Shown piece by piece: positions 35,445-40,706 of a DNA stretch of 40,706 nt (position 1 is the first letter of the stretch; each line of letters opens with the position of its first letter). The notes under the pieces were generated by a model, which saw nothing but the letters and a program-made list of their open reading frames with translations, was not told the DNA's origin and made no database searches. A program made the position numbers and the translations under genes. Source of the stretch: Octopus bimaculoides (taxonomy: Eukaryota); contig NC_068987.1 in assembly GCF_001194135.2 (NCBI RefSeq), forward strand, positions 75,705,358 through 75,746,063. Reading direction: 5' to 3'.

Positions 35445-35689
35445 GTAAGTGCAACTTATTTACATAAAGACATAATGAAGAGTTGGCCGATACTCAATTT
35501 CTGCAGTCTAGGAGGGAGATTTATCTGAATCCTGACGATCTCTTGTAAGTACGGTGTATCTTGTCAGTTTGGTTGCAATTCGAAAATGCTGCAAAACGAA
35601 ACCCCACCCCACCCACAAAAAAAGAACAAAAATTAAAAAATTGAGTTCTAATCATAGAATTCAATTACACAACGAAACTAAATGCATTA

Positions 35690-36220
35690 ATACATTAAGA
35701 TGGAGAACGAAAGAAAAAGAAGAATCGCTTCCCCATCACCATATCATTTTGTTCATCTCATAAAACACAACATTGAACCTAAAATTGAGGCTATTAAGAT
35801 GTTGCATTATGCCAATTATCCTCTACGATGCAGAAACTTGGACATGTACACAGCAATGGAGGAGACAGAAGACATTGAGGTGTGGACCTTACGCATACTG
35901 GGTAGAATAAATGTAAAAGACAGGGTAATAAACGCTACAGTACTTGAAAAGGTAAAAGTCTATAGACATCTCTAGTCTAGAATCATAGCATAGCTATCAT
36001 ATTTTGAACATTCAGTACACCACAAGTTATTATCTGAGATCATCTACGCAGGGAGTATTGAGGAGAAGAGCGCAAGAAGCCATCGAAGACATTTGGGAGC
36101 TGATGACACCAAAGAATGGACTGGAAACAAGGGCCTAACTGTATGCATACAGCACAAAACAGAGGAAACTGGAAAGTCTTGACAAACTGATTCCCTGGAC
36201 ACAGAGAAACAGGAGGGCAC
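35690..36220 (+). mobile_element. RTE-clade LINE 3' end (post-RT region), decayed
   Basis: PIILYDAETWT, IEVWTLRILGRINVKDRVINATVLEK, YFEH..., GSIEEK..R and DDTKEWTG match the RTE pattern PILLYGCETWT...EMW..RRML.I...DRV.N..VL...YFGH...G.IEGK...DDIKEWTG. Confidence 0.85.
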
Positions 36221-38277
36221 TTGGCTGAGTTTGATTCTTGTGTTATAAATTTTTTCATAGCGTACGTGGTTTTAGTGCTTTAGAAATTAAGATTTAGTGA
36301 GGAATGTGTTGAAACAATGACTTCCACATTTTGACTATTTTCCGAAGAAACTCCAAATGATTTAGACTTGGACAGTTGATTTTCCATGGATTTGTTCTAG
36401 ATAGGAATTTGAACTGAGACGCGCAAAAATAAAACATTCTGTCGCCAAATTATATTTGAAGCTACTCTGAATACCTGACACAGAATACAGTATTCGACTA
36501 TTTTGCCACACATAAAAAATACATTATATATTGCTTATAATACGGAGAACTAGACCATTTGAGTAATTATCGAATAATATATGCCAGTGTCTAACATATT
36601 GTTAATATATAGCATAAAAACTATGGTGCCCAATAGATCACTGATATTAGATCTTGAGTGTTGAATAAAATTACATTGAAGTAGTTACTTGAATGCAAAC
36701 AATTTAGAATATCGGTTACTGTAGATGTGACAGCGAAGGTGCTCCCCAACTTGTTGAAATATGAGTTCAGGCATCTCCTAGTATAACTGTGTCAAAATAC
36801 AAGCTCCAAGTACAACTTAATAACTTATTCTCTAAAGCTTTCACGAGAAAAGGAAGATGTATTTTTTGAAGTTAAACTTTAATAAATTATATGGCGTGGA
36901 ATTACGATAATGCTCCTTTTAGATTTCTTTTACTTTATTAAACGATGCTGTTGCGGATGTCGTTCATTAAACTCGAAGCGGGACATATATTAGTTTATTT
37001 TAAAGTTTAAACACTTTATCATCAATCATGATTGCTTTAGTGGTTTGGGGCTTGTTGAAGGTTTACATGTCTTAGAATTCAGTATTGACATACTTAAAGA
37101 AAGTGTGTCGTCTGGCTGTTGACACAGAGCAAAGCAGGCCACTCTCATGGTATCTTTTGCCACCTTGAGTCTATTATCAGCAATTATTTTCCTTTAGGAT
37201 ACCATTGTTCATCATAGTTTTCCCAGTTTGACTTTGATATTATTTAGATAAAGGCTGTCTCCTTTCCTGTATACAATTCAAGCAGTAGTATCTTGTTTTA
37301 TAAAAAAAAGCGGTCTATGTTTCATACTTTATTTATATACATCGTTGAGAGGCAAGTTACTGTAGTATTCGTACAAGATAACATCTCTTATTAATGTCCA
37401 GTGTTAAAAACACGATATGTGTCCGAGGCGAAAGTGGGCCCACTAGCGGCTTGTGAGAATGTTAGCGAGTGTCTTACTCCCTGTTTACTATATCGAAGGC
37501 AACAAATCACATCTTGACATGGATCTGGTTGTGAGTACAAGTCATGGATAAGGCTCAACAAGACCGAAAAGCATCTGGCGATGTTCCTAGTCGCCGTTGG
37601 GACGACGTTTTCGTCTCGCTCCGATATGAATAATTTTTTCCATAAGAGATGTTATCTTGATCGAATACCGCAATAACTACATATCTCTCAACGATGTAGA
37701 TACATGAAGTATGATATATACATGACTGCTTTAATTTAACACAATTGCGTATAATGCATGCTGGCATACATACTAATATCATAGGCAAACACGATTTATC
37801 ATGCATTGAAATTATCACATGTAAAAAGATTGCGAAACGGCCGTAATCCTAAGAATGGCAAATGGTTAAATAAATACATTCACTTCTCATACCTCTTGAC
37901 CTCTTATGATTTATATACATACATACACATACATACATACATATGTATAATATGTATACATTTACACAATATATATATATATATGTATATATACATATGT
38001 GTGTGTGTATGTAATTATATATATATAATATTTTTTAAAACAGTACGTCTATAAGAATGCTATTTCAGGTTAAATACACAATAACTTGCCTCTCGACGAT
38101 ATATATATATACATTAAGTATGATACATAGTTTACTATTTTGTGTCTTTTATGTATTTATAATATAGTTTATTGGTTGAGCAGACTGTGGATACAGTTTT
38201 GCAGACAACACTTTCCATTAACAACTAATAATTGAAATAACTCACTTCTGATATAAATTAATAGCCATGAAAAGGCA

Positions 38278-38490
38278 TTGAGCTGGAGTGCCGAACTGAA
38301 TATCGTATAGCGTTTGTTTATATTCCTATACGTTTGTTCTGGATTGAAATCCCGTCGGAGTTAACTTTGCCTTTCATCCCTCTAAGATCAATAAAATAAG
38401 TACAAATTAATGCTCTGGGGGATATAATCAAACGAATATATCTCTTCCCAGTAAATTTGTAACTACGTGTCTACAAAGTTAGAAATCAAT
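38278..38490 (+). mobile_element. SINE family A, very diverged
   Basis: GAGCTGG...GTTAACTTTGCCTTTCATCCCTCTAAGATCAATAAAATAAGTAC. Confidence 0.6.
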
Positions 38491-38546
38491 TAATATCCAT
38501 AATGAATAAAACATTAAAAATAGCTGATTAATTTATCAATATTTTT

Positions 38547-38644
<98 letters not shown>

Positions 38645-39259
38645 CGTGTGTAAATTAATATATACAATTTTTGTTATATTAATTAGTCTCAATGATATCA
38701 ATGTATAAAACAGTGAGAAATTAGAGATATAAAATTTATAGCTATTCCAAAGGCATTAATAGGAAATTGAAACATTATTTGGCTCAGCTGGCGTCTCGCT
38801 CTATAGTTCTTAGCATCACATAATTAACATATTTGTTAGTTAAATTAACAAAATTCAAAACTGGTACTACATTTGGTTAACACTATTATATTTAGAAAAT
38901 ACTAGAAATGATTTAATATCTAGCAACGAGTACAACAGGGTAACATAATGCTTATGAGTTTATGAGTGTGCGCAAATAGCTGTCAAATAGAGAATTTCGT
39001 GGTGGATACCAGTAGTATTTCTGATAAAACTAACGTTTAGTTTACACTAAGTAGGGAACACTTCATCACCGTATAAATGTATTGGCAGCCACTATTTGTT
39101 GATACATACTAATAAATATTTATTCCATGCTGGGAATACTTTAAACCATCATTTATGAAGAATATCATTTGCGAGCAAATGACACACAATGATACACTCA
39201 AACTTTCTCTGTCTCTCTCTTTCACACACACACATGCACACGCACACACACACACACAT

Positions 39260-39300
<41 letters not shown>

Positions 39301-39454
39301 CACATACACATACACAAACACAAACATACACACATGCATACACACATGCACACACACATACACACACATTCTCTACCTGGTTACACATATATGTGTGTAT
39401 TGCACAAATGCTCACAGACAAACGCACCGCGCGCGCTCACACACACACACACAT

Positions 39455-39907
39455 ACATGCAAATTAGCTTGTTAAGAAAATCTCTACAAGAGATGAAAAC
39501 AGTTACTATATTGAGAAGTAACGTTTATCGACATTTAAACATGGCTGTTCTGCATGAACTAACGTTACTTCTAATTTGAACCCCAAGCGGACACCTCCGC
39601 TAGCTGATTATTCACTGCAATCTGCACCCGATATATATTGTAAGCAAGGGAATAAACCCCCACCATCATCCAACCACAAGACTACCAGACCGTACGGTTT
39701 CGACTTCTTTGTGGTCATCGTCAGTGGTGGATATTCGCCTGCAAGACGTAGCAGTAGTTCGCTCCAGCTTGTAATATATAGAAAATAAGTGTCACACAGC
39801 CACTGAGCTTGCAACATGCAAATTAGTTAGTTAAGAAAATCTCTATAAAAGATGGAAGCAGTAACAATACTAAGAAGTAACGTCTACCGCTACTTAAACA
39901 TGGCTGT
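39455..39907. repeat. 94-bp direct repeats (39455-39548 and 39814-39907; 15 mismatches, about 84% identity), period 359 bp
   Basis: Ungapped manual alignment ACATGCAAATTAG...TTAAACATGGCTGT. Confidence 0.92.
39684..39728 (-). ncRNA. Minimal type-I hammerhead ribozyme, intact core
   Basis: Minus strand: ACCA-CUGACGA-U-GAC(CACAAAGAA)GUC-GAA-ACCGUACGGU-C^UGGU. Stem I is ACCA/UGGU, stem II is GAC/GUC with G10.1-C11.1, stem III is a self-complementary 10-mer, and the cleavage triplet is GUC. Confidence 0.85.
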
Positions 39908-40427
39908 CCCACTTATTTTCCACATATTTTCTGTATATTTTCTGTATATCGTGAGGTGCAGTTTTCAGTCATTATCCTTGACTCTTGTTAATAATTGACA
40001 TTACAAAACTAACACATGCTGGAAATTGAAATTTCTTGAATTCAAAATGTATGTCTGTTGGAATCAGTGATATTCTTGGAATAAACACATTTCCTCCCTA
40101 TTCTTGTCCAGTGAGGATTGTTGCTTTCAAAAGATATGGATGCATTTTCCTGACAATTAGTTTCGTTTCATTGCAAAGCTTTGGAAGATCCAGATTTCTC
40201 AAAAGCATGATTAGAACTCCTTTCTTCAATGTCAGTTTGTGAGAAGGCATTTAAGGAGGATCTAAAGAGTTAAACTCAGTAGGATAATTTATATATATAT
40301 ATAGTATATATTAATAATAATGCTAATAATGATATGACAACAAAAGAATGAATGAGACCTCGACATTATGTAAATAGAGAAATTTATCTTTAAATATATA
40401 ATATAGGACAATCAGTTAGTTGTCATG

Positions 40428-40478
40428 ATAATACTCAGTGTTTCAAATGCCGGGGCTAAAGGACATCCTCATAGTTAT
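40428..40478 (-). ncRNA. Decayed minimal hammerhead ribozyme (relic)
   Basis: Minus strand: AUAA-CU(-)AUGA-GGAUGUC(loop)GGCAUUU-GAA-ACACUGAGU-A^UUAU. G5 is missing and stem II is weakened by G.U pairs. Confidence 0.6.
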
Positions 40479-40653
40479 TAAAACAAAAACGCTGTGAGAA
40501 AAAAAACCGTTGAATAAAGGGAAGTTGCTCTAATAGGCGTGGCAAAATTAAATAAAAGATAAAAGATATAAGAATACAACCACGTAAAGATAGAAATCTT
40601 TGTTCATAAAATCTACATACGTACACATGTATATATACATGCGTACACACATT

Positions 40654-40706
<53 letters not shown>

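Noticed and set aside
35531-35556. CTGACGA-T...GTACGGT, echoing the intact ribozyme
   Set aside because: GAAA is absent and no stems form; it is expected by chance or better explained as exon/donor sequence.

Overview
Eukaryotic, AT-rich, repeat-saturated sequence with nine N-gaps (about 2.8 kb). It is very probably from an octopus; this is inferred from the tRNA-derived SINE families and the extreme microsatellite density. No host protein-coding gene can be firmly called. Almost all ORFs in the track are artefacts of microsatellites, gaps or repeats. The window contains: more than 20 copies of three tRNA-SINE families (labelled A, B, C here; several have clean 12-14 bp target-site duplications); several decayed RTE-clade LINE fragments; two fragments of restriction-like-endonuclease (R4/Dong/NeSL-type) LINEs; a mariner-derived MITE; a fold-back element; and many microsatellites. 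The most notable signal is RNA-level. An apparently intact minimal type-I hammerhead ribozyme lies on the minus strand at 39684-39728, with the full CUGACGA/GAAA core, a GUC site and a palindromic stem III, inside a 359-bp unit bounded by 94-bp direct repeats. At least three clear and several weaker decayed hammerheads of similar architecture occur elsewhere, two of them as head-to-head inverted pairs. This class is known from Penelope-like elements and metazoan retrozymes, so any novelty lies in the locus and families, not the ribozyme class. Other oddities are a 100%-identical 145-bp inverted duplication inside a decayed RTE copy, a composite inverted duplication at 29.6-32.4 kb, and a few isolated exon-like segments including an 18-nt microexon candidate. 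All calls were made by eye, with no database search or folding computation.
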